Assembly: GCA_973895155.1 (NCBI GenBank)
Contig: OZ316892.1
Coordinates: forward strand, 17,102,357 to 17,166,356
DNA: 64,000 bases
Source: Marsupella aquatica
Lineage: Eukaryota; Plantae; Marchantiophyta
Reading direction: 5' to 3'
A program made the translations under genes and the position numbers. Shown here piece by piece: positions 1 to 9,604 of this stretch; the first letter of the stretch is position 1; each line of letters starts with the position of its first letter. The notes beneath the pieces were generated by a model that was not told where the DNA came from, made no database searches, and worked only from the letters and a program-made list of their open reading frames with translations.

Positions 1-1200
1 CAGGAGGGACCAGAGGTTCCTCCTCAAACTCAGAGGCCCTAGAGGCCAACGCAAGAAGCCGGTGATAGAACTCCTCCTAAAGCAAAATCCAGTCCCCCGA
101 CAAAAACCGTTGCAACCTGGCAATGGTCTCCCTATGCCCGGCCGGGCCCCCACGAGGAGGGAGGGTCAACACCCAATGAGGAAGCAAGAGGAGTAGGGAC
201 CAGGCACCAACATCAGTGGGGTCACGCGCCAGCCGGTCAAAAGGAAGACGAAAGGCCTGCCGAAGCAGGGGCCGCAAGGGCACAGGAATCCGGGTATACA
301 ATCGAGGATGCCGAAAACCGGGGTAAAGAGCCGCAAGGACATCCAGGTGGGCTAGCCAATCCCAGGAAGAAGGGGGGGCCAGACGGGGGAGGGGGAAGGG
401 GGGCAGGGGGAAGCATAGAGGAGGAGGAAGCACGAAGAGCGGGACATGAGCGACAATGGCGAGTCAGACCAGATGGTTGGTACCAACTGTGACAAGCATC
501 ACACTGGACACGGGAATCAGAAGGAGAAGTGGGGGGGAAGAGGGGCGGATCCGGCGAGCCGAACGAGGGGTGGAAGATGGAGAAGCCATAGGGACAAGAG
601 AGGTAGGCGGTGAACTGGGATAGGAGAGGGGTTCCATGGGAAAAAGCTGGGAAAAAGCTGAGATAAAGGGTGGGGGCAAAGGAAACGAAAATAAATGAAC
701 GGAACAATGAGAAAAGAGTACAAGAACAACACCGGAAAGCTCGAGCAAAACAAAAACATAAACGAAGGAACAAGGGATGGATGTCCAAGGCAAAGAACCT
801 CAACCCGGTAGTGGCAAGCCGTGAAGAACACAGAAACCTGGTAACCCGAAGGAACGCCTCCAATGACTGAACGAAAAAACCCCGCAGGCACGGCGCAGAG
901 TGCGAACGGGTACCGCCTATGGTGGGGGCCCAGCCCCACCAACCAAACCAGGTCTGGGGCCGCCAAGCACAAATCCGCCAAGGAAAACCGGGCCGCCAAG
1001 AAACCCAACCCAACTGGGGCCGCCAAGAAACCAAAACACAACCCGGGGGGGGGGGGGGAGGGGGCAACCTTCCCAGGTCAAGGGCCGTCAAACCCGGGCG
1101 CAGGGCTACTCGTCCTGGGCCCAGGGCCACCCTTCCCGGGCGCAGGGCTGAGCCGGGAGCGTCAGCCCAGGCTGACGACCTCCGCTCCAGGGGGCCGGGG
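1..1200 (-). mobile_element. Decayed non-LTR retrotransposon 5' part (probably RLE/CRE-like); continues beyond window start
   Basis: The ORF starts near ATG 637 (MEPLSYP...). It contains a zinc-finger-like QCDACHSWYQPSGLTRHCRSC, then LRQAFRLPFDRLARDP...AWSLLLLLPHWVL...RLQRFLSGDWILL*EEF, which resembles the pre-RT region of CRE-type elements. There are two frameshifts in C-rich tracts and a stop at 77-79. The GC-rich repetitive leader spans 860-1200. The RT domain is not in the window. Confidence 0.55.
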
Positions 1201-1219
1201 GACCCTCATTATTACCCCC

Positions 1220-1305
1220 ACGCCTCCACCTCCGCACCGCCGCTCCGCACCTCCGCTGCTGCTCCTGCCCTCCGCTGCTGCACCTCCGCACCTCCGCACC
1301 TCCAC
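1220..1305. repeat. Degenerate CACCTCCG/CCGCTGCT short tandem repeat
   Basis: Repeated cacctccg and ctccgctgctgc units are directly visible. Confidence 0.7.
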
Positions 1306-2349
1306 GATATCTATTCTTCTTTCCAGCACATTTCTTCTCCTTCTTTGTGTGCCTGATCGTTCTCCACATTTTCGCTGCTGTTGTGTATGTTTGATAGGCT
1401 AAACGTCTCGCGCACATGAGCAGACACATCAACCAAAAACATCAACCAAAAACGTTGAGGAGAAGTCATTCCTCGTCAAATCGGCTGACAATTATGCATC
1501 TCTCGGAGCCTGCTGAGGAGAATGCTAAGAGTATGTTTTGCGGATGTTGAGGGTGATAAGGAGTACAGGAAGAAGCTAGCTCAGCAAAGTGATGATTATG
1601 ATTCTCATCTTGGGATTGTACGGGAAACTCGGCCTCCCTCTTTGGCGGAGTCAGCTGCCGCTGCCAAAGGGGGTCAGTGAGTGAAACCTCTTCGCTTCCC
1701 TTATCCAATTTGAATTGTTTGTTGCATTGCTGTGCAGTCGGGAGAAAAAATTGTGCTTTTGACAAAAAGCTTGTTCCTGAGGCGAGAAGAGGGCATTTCA
1801 GAGAATTGGCTTTCTGCTAATGGACAGGTATCGCAAGCAGGAGAGGTTAGGTTTTTTATCCGACTCGCTCCTGCTGTAATATCTGGATAAGAATCTTCTA
1901 TAATGGGCATGGCAACCTTGAGCATCATCATCAGCATCCCGTAATGAGCATATGAAAGATTTGTGACTCCGGTGCAGAATCATGCAGTTTCATCTCACAA
2001 AGTGACTTGCTGCGAGTAGGTTGTAGGGTTGGTGTGGTGACAGACATTACTGTGAAAATTCATTCGAGGTCACGCTAGGAATGGGTCTTGTGTGGCCTGC
2101 GTGAAGTAATAAAGCATTGAGGACCTTTTTAGTGATAAAAAAAAAAAACCTAAGTTATATAGTGCATCTCAAAGCTTCAAAATTACCCAAGATATCTTTT
2201 GGCCATAAACAAATGCTCACAACTTTTTCACAGGTAGCTGTAAAAAAAATTTATTGCTTTTGTTTTTTACTAGTCTCTACATTGACTAATGGTCATATCA
2301 TACCACCAATCTTTATGGCAACAAGTTTTGGACTATAAATTGGCAGTTC

Positions 2350-2421
2350 CATAACTTCAACTACGGAGTTAAGGTCCATCAAATTCATAACCTTAATTAC
2401 CGAGTTAAGGTCCATCACATT
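2350..2421. repeat. 36-bp tandem duplication
   Basis: cataacttcaactacggagttaaggtccatcaaatt followed by cataaccttaattaccgagttaaggtccatcacatt. Confidence 0.85.
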
Positions 2422-3232
2422 CTTAGCTTTGAGACCCATTTAGTAAGTAAAGTTCATTAAATTTTTGAGGGTTTGAGACCCCTACTAGGGCTTCTCAAAG
2501 CCCGGCCTTAACAAGATAATAAGGCCTTCCCGTAACTCAAGTATTGTGGGAACTCCGGTAAAAGTTATGGGAGTCAATCTTCGGCTGCCGTAAGGAAAGC
2601 CTATGGGCTTGAGAAATAATTCATAACTTTCCCGCAACTTTAAGCAGAAATGCGGAATTCCAAGACTCTGGAACTCCAAAAAGCCACGCGATTGAAGGTA
2701 CGTGGGTTTTGCGCCTGACGTGGTGATGGTTATTGCATTTGAGGTGATGGTTGATAGAGAACTAACAAAAAATGATATATACTATGAGACAAAGATAAGA
2801 CAGGAACTCCTTTTTTATAAGGAGAGTCAATGCTACCTCACAGTTGTTAAATTTCTTAACTAAGCCCCATAACCATAGTTATCCCGCTTTTGAGTTATCC
2901 CACTTTTGAGACACCCTACTACTACTACTGTGTACAACGCTTGCGTGAGACTCTTTCTTGTACGGTGGCCGCAAGGCGTGATGTTGAGACAGCCTCGCCA
3001 TCCTCTGTCCCATCAGAACCCACTACAGGAGCAGTTCTGGTACAGAACAGGGAGCTTCACAAGAAGGGGGCCTCGCCGGAGCAATTGTAACATGCGACGC
3101 GATTTGGTGCGTCATCAGAGGGCCAAGAGGAAAGGATTCGACGAACTGTGGCATGAGACCGAGTATAGAAACCGAAAGCAGTGCCGTCGTTTAGTTAGAA
3201 ATCGCGAGCTTGTTGTTACTTAGATTGCTGCG

Positions 3233-5528
3233 ATGGGAGCACGCGAGGAGATGCGCGAAGACGAGGGCGGCTCCAAAGGCGCTGGTGGTGGGAACGGAAA
3301 TGCTGAGGAAGGCGGAGGCGATGATGGAGTCCAGAAAGGCACGCCGGGGAAGCTGGAATCCCGTGACAGCCCTGACATCGATCACAGGAAGCTGGATCCA
3401 GTTGGTTATTCGTGGAACGAAAGAGGATTGCTGGAAGAGCGCTGGTTCTCGACTCCGTTCCCTCAGGTTCGAGGTGAGTGTACTGCATCGATGGATAGAA
3501 TCGATTGATAGGGTGTCCCGAGCTCTGTATCTCTCAGCTTATTTCTCTTGCGAGGCTGTGCTCCTTACGGCTATAATTAATTGGTATATGATGACTTTGC
3601 CACTGTGGATTCGAGCTGGTGCTGTGAAAAGGGAAGTTTGCAAAACTTGTTCTCCGTGTAAGGTGACATCTCTCCAGAGCTCACCCGGCTAGCTCCATTG
3701 AATGACTGTCCGTCCAAGCTCCCATTGAAGCCCAGGAGGAGCGAAATCACCTTGAAAATACCACTATCTCTATTTTATTCCAAACACATAACAAGAAACA
3801 GATATGAAACGTGCAGTAGCTGAGAGTTCCGACCATCCGAAGACACTCAAGATGGAAAACCAACATGAATATGATCAATTCAGAAATTCAACCAAACTTA
3901 TCGTTTGGTTCGTCGCTGAACATCACATTCTCAGAACTACAAAACAGGAATTCGTGGGCCTCAACAACAGACACGATGATGAACCTTCCAGTCCATCTGT
4001 TGATAATCACTTCTTAATCCTCCCAGAGATCATCTTGTAAGGTGGCAGCGCTAACCTGAACATGCCAAAAATGCGACAACTCGTTCCAAACTCGCAGGAA
4101 ACCCCGAGGTGCTTTCAGGGAACCCGCATAAAGACGGAAGGTAGGGCATTCGAATAACTGTGATAGAGCAGCTAGTTCATACTTACTTCTACACAACGTA
4201 CCACTCAACTGCCAGCGGGAGCGAGTTTGATACAGTGCTTCTTGTGTAGACTCCAGAGTTTGACCCGCAGACGCAAAACAAAGATCTAATTCAATATTCC
4301 GTCAACCCCTGCCATTGAAACTGTACTCCTCGAATAGCATCTCATTTTACAACAAACTGCTGCACCGAATGACTTGCGTTGAGATTGTGTCACAGGAAAG
4401 TCTCTACGGGAATCATGGCCGCTGGTTACACAAGCCTTGAAGGAATGTGGCATTGCCTGCGAGCTTAATCTGGTAATTGAGGCTGCATCTTCATTCCTGA
4501 GTGCTTTAGCATTGCTGTCTGTATGCGTGATTTACTGCTCGGTTCACAAGTGGAAGGCAGTGTACGTCTAGAAATTAGGCTCTTTTTAAAAGTATTCTGT
4601 CGAGCCTCTAGCTTTCAATCCTGATGGTGGAACGCTGGAGGCTAGGATACTGTCGGGTGGAGATTCGTTCCCGCCCCACTCCTCTGTACCTTTACTGCCA
4701 TCTACGCTTGAAGATTTATTAGAATACGTCCATGAGTGCTTCCATTTCTATCTTCTAAAACGTCAGTTACATTTAATTGGTGCCATACAGGTGGAGAATA
4801 GAATGATAGTGTCCACGACCAGGAAAACTCGGGACCCTTTCATGATCACTAAGGCGAGGGATCTAATTAAGCTTCTCTCTCGGAGTGTTCCCGTAGCTCA
4901 GGTTTGTTCCTTTGCCCTCCTGAAAGATCTATGTATTCAGATCCCACCTGTTGACACAGTAGAACTCGTACCCTTGGCAATTGTTAACCCCTGTGAAATT
5001 CCTGTGGACTGTAGGCTGTAAAAATACTGGATGACGACATCCAGTGCGACATTATAAACGTTGGTAGCATCCTCCGAAACAAGGTTTGCTTCTTTGTTAC
5101 GTCACCTGCTCTGGTTGGTTGGCTCTGTTGAAAAGGCTATGCAAGGGACAATCTACGACGAGTATGTCTACTTTGAGCTTGTCCTGCTTGTGATTAAATT
5201 TGAAGGTGTGTTGGTGCGAAAACACTTTGGTTTCAAACAAATTTTTCATCTTTATTCCAGGAGCGTCACGTGAAACGTAGACCACAACTGTTGGGTCCTA
5301 ATGGAACAACTTCAAAGGTTCTGACATGTACGCCTGCTCATCCTCTTTTCTGAAAATTTTCCTTGCCCAGAGATTGTTTTGTACCATGGACACATAGTGG
5401 CTGAATCCTCTAGGGAAACAATCATACCGACGTTATTTCTGTGTTCTCAGCTCAATTTGCTGTGAATTCGTTGTCCTTATGATGTGCAGGCCATCGAACT
5501 TTTGACAGAACGCTACTTGCTGGTCCAG
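3233..5528 (+). CDS. Diverged partial KRR1 paralog, exons 1-6 (3233-3473, 4396-4472, 4791-4901, 5015-5083, 5261-5317, 5490-5528); probable 5' half of a chimeric gene, otherwise a pseudogene
   Basis: It matches KRR1 at 15486-16990 exon by exon. Exons 2-6 have identical lengths (77, 111, 69, 57, 39 nt) and exon 1 is 39 nt shorter, in frame. All GT-AG sites are present and the spliced frame is open (198 codons). Intron homology to KRR1 ends near 5640, and exon 7 onward is absent. Confidence 0.85.
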
Positions 5529-5805
5529 GTTTGTAGAAAGACTGCATTTTAATATGTTCAATTTTGAAGCTGGGATTCTCGCTCAGGTGGACACGCAAAC
5601 CCATAGAAGTCCTGCAAATTGTTGAAAGAACTATTGGTAGAGCGGTCAATTAGATTCATTGGGATTTGTAGGCCCGGTATCTGGCCACTTCTCTCGGTCT
5701 CATGTCTTGCTCGACTTAGTTGCCCGTGCTACCAATGCTACCGATTGGCGTTTAGGCTCGAAGATTTATAGGACATGTCCATAGAAGCAATTTCAGTTGT
5801 GCCCC

Positions 5806-5952
5806 TTGAGCTTGTCCTGCTTCTGATTAAATTTTGAGTTGTTCATTGCCAAAGCCGTATTACTGAGCAGCTTTTATTCATTTTTTCTTTAGGAGCACGT
5901 CATGAAACGTAGACAACGAGTATTTGGTCCGAATGGAGCAGTTACTCTCAAG
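5806..5952 (+). other. Second copy of KRR1 intron-4 3' end and exon 5, forming the acceptor (AG 5891-5892) and N-terminus of the kinase ORF
   Basis: ttgagcttgtcctgcttctgattaaattt matches about 5173-5201. The translation EHVMKRRQRVFGPNGAVTLK compares with KRR1 exon 5 ERFVKRRQRLLGPNGATSK. Confidence 0.9.
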
Positions 5953-8262
5953 GGACTATGGCTAGTGATACTTTTGATATCATGGTCACTGTCGTCGGAA
6001 GGTCAGAGCAGCTCCCTTCCTCCAGCTGCAGCACCTCTGTGTCCTTTAGACTTCACCATGTTGAACCAGCACCCGAGTGTGGCCAATGCGGTGATGAATA
6101 CTGCGAACAATACACTACAATGCGCGGAATATAATGCTGGTCTGGAAGCTGTGATCGCCTCGTACCTGAAAAATTCGAGTTACTTCCTCTTACCGAAGGG
6201 CATCTCAAGAGCCTGCCAGAATGCCTACCAATCCCAGCTGGAATCACAAGGGGTGCCCTCAGGGTTCAACATCTCCCAGACATGCAAACCCAACCCGCTA
6301 TTCTCAGAGCGAGGAGCAAATGTCTGCCACAACATTCAATCAGCACAAGACTTCCTCAGGTTGATATCTGAAACTCAGTTGAACCAATTGAATAGCTCTT
6401 GCTCAGGGCCTCTGCTACCCTCTGCTAATTGCGGAGTCTGCAACGAGGCCATGAGCAACATTGTGGTCACTCTCAATGGGGTCTCCGGAAGTAATTTGTC
6501 CTGCGTCTCTTTTGTTAACATTTACACCATAGCTTTTGTCAACATCCCCGGACCAACCGATCCCAACACCCTCCTCTGCATTCTTTACATAGAAACGCAG
6601 GGTGGGAAGGGGAATCGCAATTTGAAATTCATAGGTGTTGGAGTGGGAGGAATGTTCTTCATTTGCATCGTTGCTGCTCTCGTAATATACTACAAATACT
6701 GGCGAAAGAAGAAGGCTGACCGTAAGGCGAGAAAGAAGAGGACCCAGGATTTGCTGAGTGCCAGCAGTGTCCCCACCAGCAGCATCAACTGGTTTGACAT
6801 TGATGTGCTCAAGAGAGCCACTGGGAACTTCAATCGGAACAATATTCTAGGCACAGGGGGCTATGGCAATGTATACAAAGGTACCCTGGAGGATGGGTCA
6901 ATAGTAGCGATCAAGAGGTTCAAAAATTGCTCCCCATCTGGAGACAAGGACTTTGTCCATGAGGTGGAGATGATAAGCAGCGTGAAGCATAGACACCTAG
7001 TGGAGATTCGAGGTTGTTGTGTGGACAGCAGCTCGGTGAATGGGCATCAGCGGATCATTGTCTATGATTACATGTCCAATGGCAGTTTGGCGGATCATCT
7101 CTTCATGAAGGAAGGGAGGCCGTCAGAAGGAGGGATCGTGTTGAGCTGGGTCACAAGGAAGAATATCGCTATTGGTGTGGCCAGAGGATTATCATACTTA
7201 CACCATGATGCTGTCCCTGCCATTTACCATAGGGACATCAAATCCAGCAACATACTGCTAGATGACGATTGGAGCGCTCGTCTCGCAGATTTCGGATTAG
7301 CGAAGTTCACTCCGGAGGGCGTCTCTCATGTGACCACCAAAGTGGCTGGCACTTACGGGTATGTTGCCCCAGAGTATGCTCTCTATGGCCAGCTGACGGA
7401 GAAGAGTGACGTTTACAGCTTTGGGATGGTGGTGTTGGAGTTGGTGTCAGGGAGGAAAGCTTTGGCAGCAAATGCTGCTGATCCAACAAAGACTCTGTTG
7501 TCAGATTGGGCATGGCCGCTGGTGAAGCAGCGCAGGTGGAGAGCCATAGTGGATCCTAGAATGGAAGGTGATATTGGCTCTGACGAGGAGATGGAGGGTT
7601 TCATCCTTGTAGGTCTTTTGTGTGCTCACCCACAGGTTGCCTTCAGGCCGTCCATTGATCAAGCCCTCAAAATGCTGGAGAGGGGTCCATTCGGTGTAAG
7701 CGTTCCTGATCGGCCTCTCCCATTTACCTCTGGCCGAGCTGAGATTTTCGAAGCCTTGTCTCGAGAGTCTCAAGAAAACCAAGACCGGTCCAGGAGAACA
7801 GGCTATTCGTCTTACAGCTTGAGCTCATTGAGTTTTCAATCGTCAGACTATTCAGGATCTTTGCCGTCGTCTTGGTATGAGAGGAAGGTATCAGACAAGA
7901 CTCAAGACATGAGCTTTCAGTCTTCAGATCCATCAGCATCGCTCCCATCTTTGTATGAAAGAAGAGTGTCACCACGTAGAACACAAGAGAATAGCATTCA
8001 GTCATCAGAAGCATCCTTGCCATCCTTGAAGGAAATGGTGGTGTCATCCAACAAAGTTCAAAACCAGGGCACAGACATTCCGGCATCCCAGCTCTCTGCT
8101 CTCCACGGGGGTAAGGTTTCTCCAGATAGGACACGGGATAGTGATGTAGAGAAACGTGTTTCACCGGATGGGACACGAGATGGTGATGTAGAGAAACGTT
8201 TTTCACCGGATGGGACACGAGATGGTGATGTCGAGAAACAGGTTTCACCGAATAGAACATGA
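5902..8262 (+). CDS. RKF3: RKF3-like receptor-like Ser/Thr kinase: signal peptide, Cys-rich SPARK-type ectodomain, TM, RD kinase, repetitive C-tail
   Basis: The 786-aa ORF is intronless. It has a hydrophobic LWLVILLISWSL segment, a CPLDF... Cys-rich ectodomain and a TM (FIGVGVGGMFFICIVAALVIYY). Kinase motifs are GTGGYGNV, VAIKRFKNCS, GHQRIIV, HRDIKSSN, DFG, GTYGYVAPE and DVYSFG. KRFKNCS and GHQRIIV are characteristic of the RKF3 subfamily. Confidence 0.9.
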   Translation: MKRRQRVFGPNGAVTLKGLWLVILLISWSLSSEGQSSSLPPAAAPLCPLDFTMLNQHPSVANAVMNTANNTLQCAEYNAGLEAVIASYLKNSSYFLLPKGISRACQNAYQSQLESQGVPSGFNISQTCKPNPLFSERGANVCHNIQSAQDFLRLISETQLNQLNSSCSGPLLPSANCGVCNEAMSNIVVTLNGVSGSNLSCVSFVNIYTIAFVNIPGPTDPNTLLCILYIETQGGKGNRNLKFIGVGVGGMFFICIVAALVIYYKYWRKKKADRKARKKRTQDLLSASSVPTSSINWFDIDVLKRATGNFNRNNILGTGGYGNVYKGTLEDGSIVAIKRFKNCSPSGDKDFVHEVEMISSVKHRHLVEIRGCCVDSSSVNGHQRIIVYDYMSNGSLADHLFMKEGRPSEGGIVLSWVTRKNIAIGVARGLSYLHHDAVPAIYHRDIKSSNILLDDDWSARLADFGLAKFTPEGVSHVTTKVAGTYGYVAPEYALYGQLTEKSDVYSFGMVVLELVSGRKALAANAADPTKTLLSDWAWPLVKQRRWRAIVDPRMEGDIGSDEEMEGFILVGLLCAHPQVAFRPSIDQALKMLERGPFGVSVPDRPLPFTSGRAEIFEALSRESQENQDRSRRTGYSSYSLSSLSFQSSDYSGSLPSSWYERKVSDKTQDMSFQSSDPSASLPSLYERRVSPRRTQENSIQSSEASLPSLKEMVVSSNKVQNQGTDIPASQLSALHGGKVSPDRTRDSDVEKRVSPDGTRDGDVEKRFSPDGTRDGDVEKQVSPNRT
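7828..8065 (+). repeat. Three degenerate coding repeats of about 27 aa (S-F/I-QSS-D/E...SLPS...VS) in the kinase tail
   Basis: SFQSSDYSGSLPSSWYERKVS / SFQSSDPSASLPSLYERRVS / SIQSSEASLPSLKEMVVS. Confidence 0.8.
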
Positions 8263-8270
8263 GAGGTCAT
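8116..8270 (+). repeat. 42-bp coding tandem repeat, about 3.7 copies (VSPDGTRDGDVEKR)
   Basis: Units start at 8116, 8158, 8200 and 8242. The ORF stop TGA occupies the CGA (Arg) position of unit 4. Confidence 0.95.
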
Positions 8271-8339
8271 GCCAGAATTCCTCACTCGCAAGGATACTTA
8301 GAATGGTACTCTTGAGAGAGCATTTGATCAAAGTACCAA

Positions 8340-8614
8340 TCTGCAATCCCGTTTCTCCAAGAGGGGACGTGTACAGTTTCGGGATCCTGGTATTGAAGTT
8401 ACTCGACCTTCACATGTTCAAGGATGATGGGTCTCTCATGATTTGGTCCCAAGCCGGATTCGCTCGCAAGATTATGAATGACCTGGATCCAACTCTCGTT
8501 GGATCAAAAAGAATGAAGCAGGCGACTCTCTCCACGAAAGTCTCGTTGATTGGTCCTAAGGAGGCTCTGGAGAACCGCCTTATCATGAAGATGGTCCTGG
8601 ACATGCTGTGTTAA
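8340..8614 (+). pseudogene. Remnant C-lobe of a second receptor kinase
   Basis: SPRGDVYSFGILVLKLL...W...DLDPTL...ENRLIMKMVLDML resembles subdomains IX-XI. It is in a different frame from the main ORF. Confidence 0.7.
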
Positions 8615-9443
8615 AGGCTCGCAAAAATCTTTCTTTCTTCATTGGCTCGAAACAATTCTTTTCTTGGAAGCCTCTACTGGTGCTTAAGACTTGTCCCCGG
8701 CAAGATCTGATGCGTAGAGCTCTTAGACTTTTGCTGTCGAGGCCAGAACTCCATTCTGGCAGGGCTGGTCATTTGACAGGAGCTGAGTAAGGAAGGTTTG
8801 AAGGTCATCTGCTGGCATCAGTGAACGTTTATGTGGTGCTGCGCCTAGAACATAGCTGGAGTGAACACATGATTACAGAAGTTCACCGTATCTGTCATGC
8901 AGCGCAGCAAATGATATGATAGAGTTCAGACTCACCTGACTCTTCATTGTATTTGTAGCATTGAATTATTTGCATTTCCGCGATCGGTTTCCAAAGATGA
9001 TGTGGATGGTTACATCTGACAGCTTTATGAAGCTCAATTTCTGCCGGAAACATTCTCTCGAAACTAGACATTAGGATCAATTTGTTTACCCAGACTTGTA
9101 CTTACAATAGACAGTTCTGCCTCCTAAATTGTGGAGGTTCAAGGGAGTTCTCCATATTGATAGAAACAAATTCTATTCTTTGTCTACCACAGCGTTCGGC
9201 CATTGACACTTCTTCATAGACGGACGAAGTTATGACAAGAGTACTCAGGATAGCCCAGCTTCAAGTCCTGTTGTGTTGCGTTGGGTTGGGAGGATTTAAA
9301 CAGAAATGTATACCGTTTTCAAGCATATCCCACTAACGGGATTGTCGTCTAGTAAATGGTTGGATTGGTGTCTCATGAATGTCTCTGCTTTGATTTCGCG
9401 GATTAACATGCATTTCTTTTTCACGTCGTCTCTGATCTTGGAG

Positions 9444-9604
9444 GCTCAGGTAATTTGGATGTTTGTTGGATTGCAAATGCGGAATGTTTTGCCCTGTCTC
9501 AGGGGCCAGTCAATGAGTTGTTCGCTCAGATAATTTGGATGTTTGTTGGATTGCAAATGCCGAATGTTTTGCCTTGTCTTAGAGGCGAGTCAATGAGTTG
9601 GTTC
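9444..9604. repeat. 80-bp tandem duplication
   Basis: gctcag(g/a)taatttggatgtttgttggattgcaaatgc...gtcaatgagttg occurs at 9444 and 9524. Confidence 0.95.

Noticed and set aside
863-1432. Several GC-rich ORFs on both strands
   Set aside because: This is stop-poor GC-rich repeat sequence in the retroelement leader, with no recognisable domains.
1466-1983. Short minus-strand ORFs
   Set aside because: No motif, consistent splice model or family could be recognised.
8116-8270. 42-bp repeats as a CRISPR array
   Set aside because: They are head-to-tail coding repeats without unique spacers, in a eukaryotic context with no cas genes.
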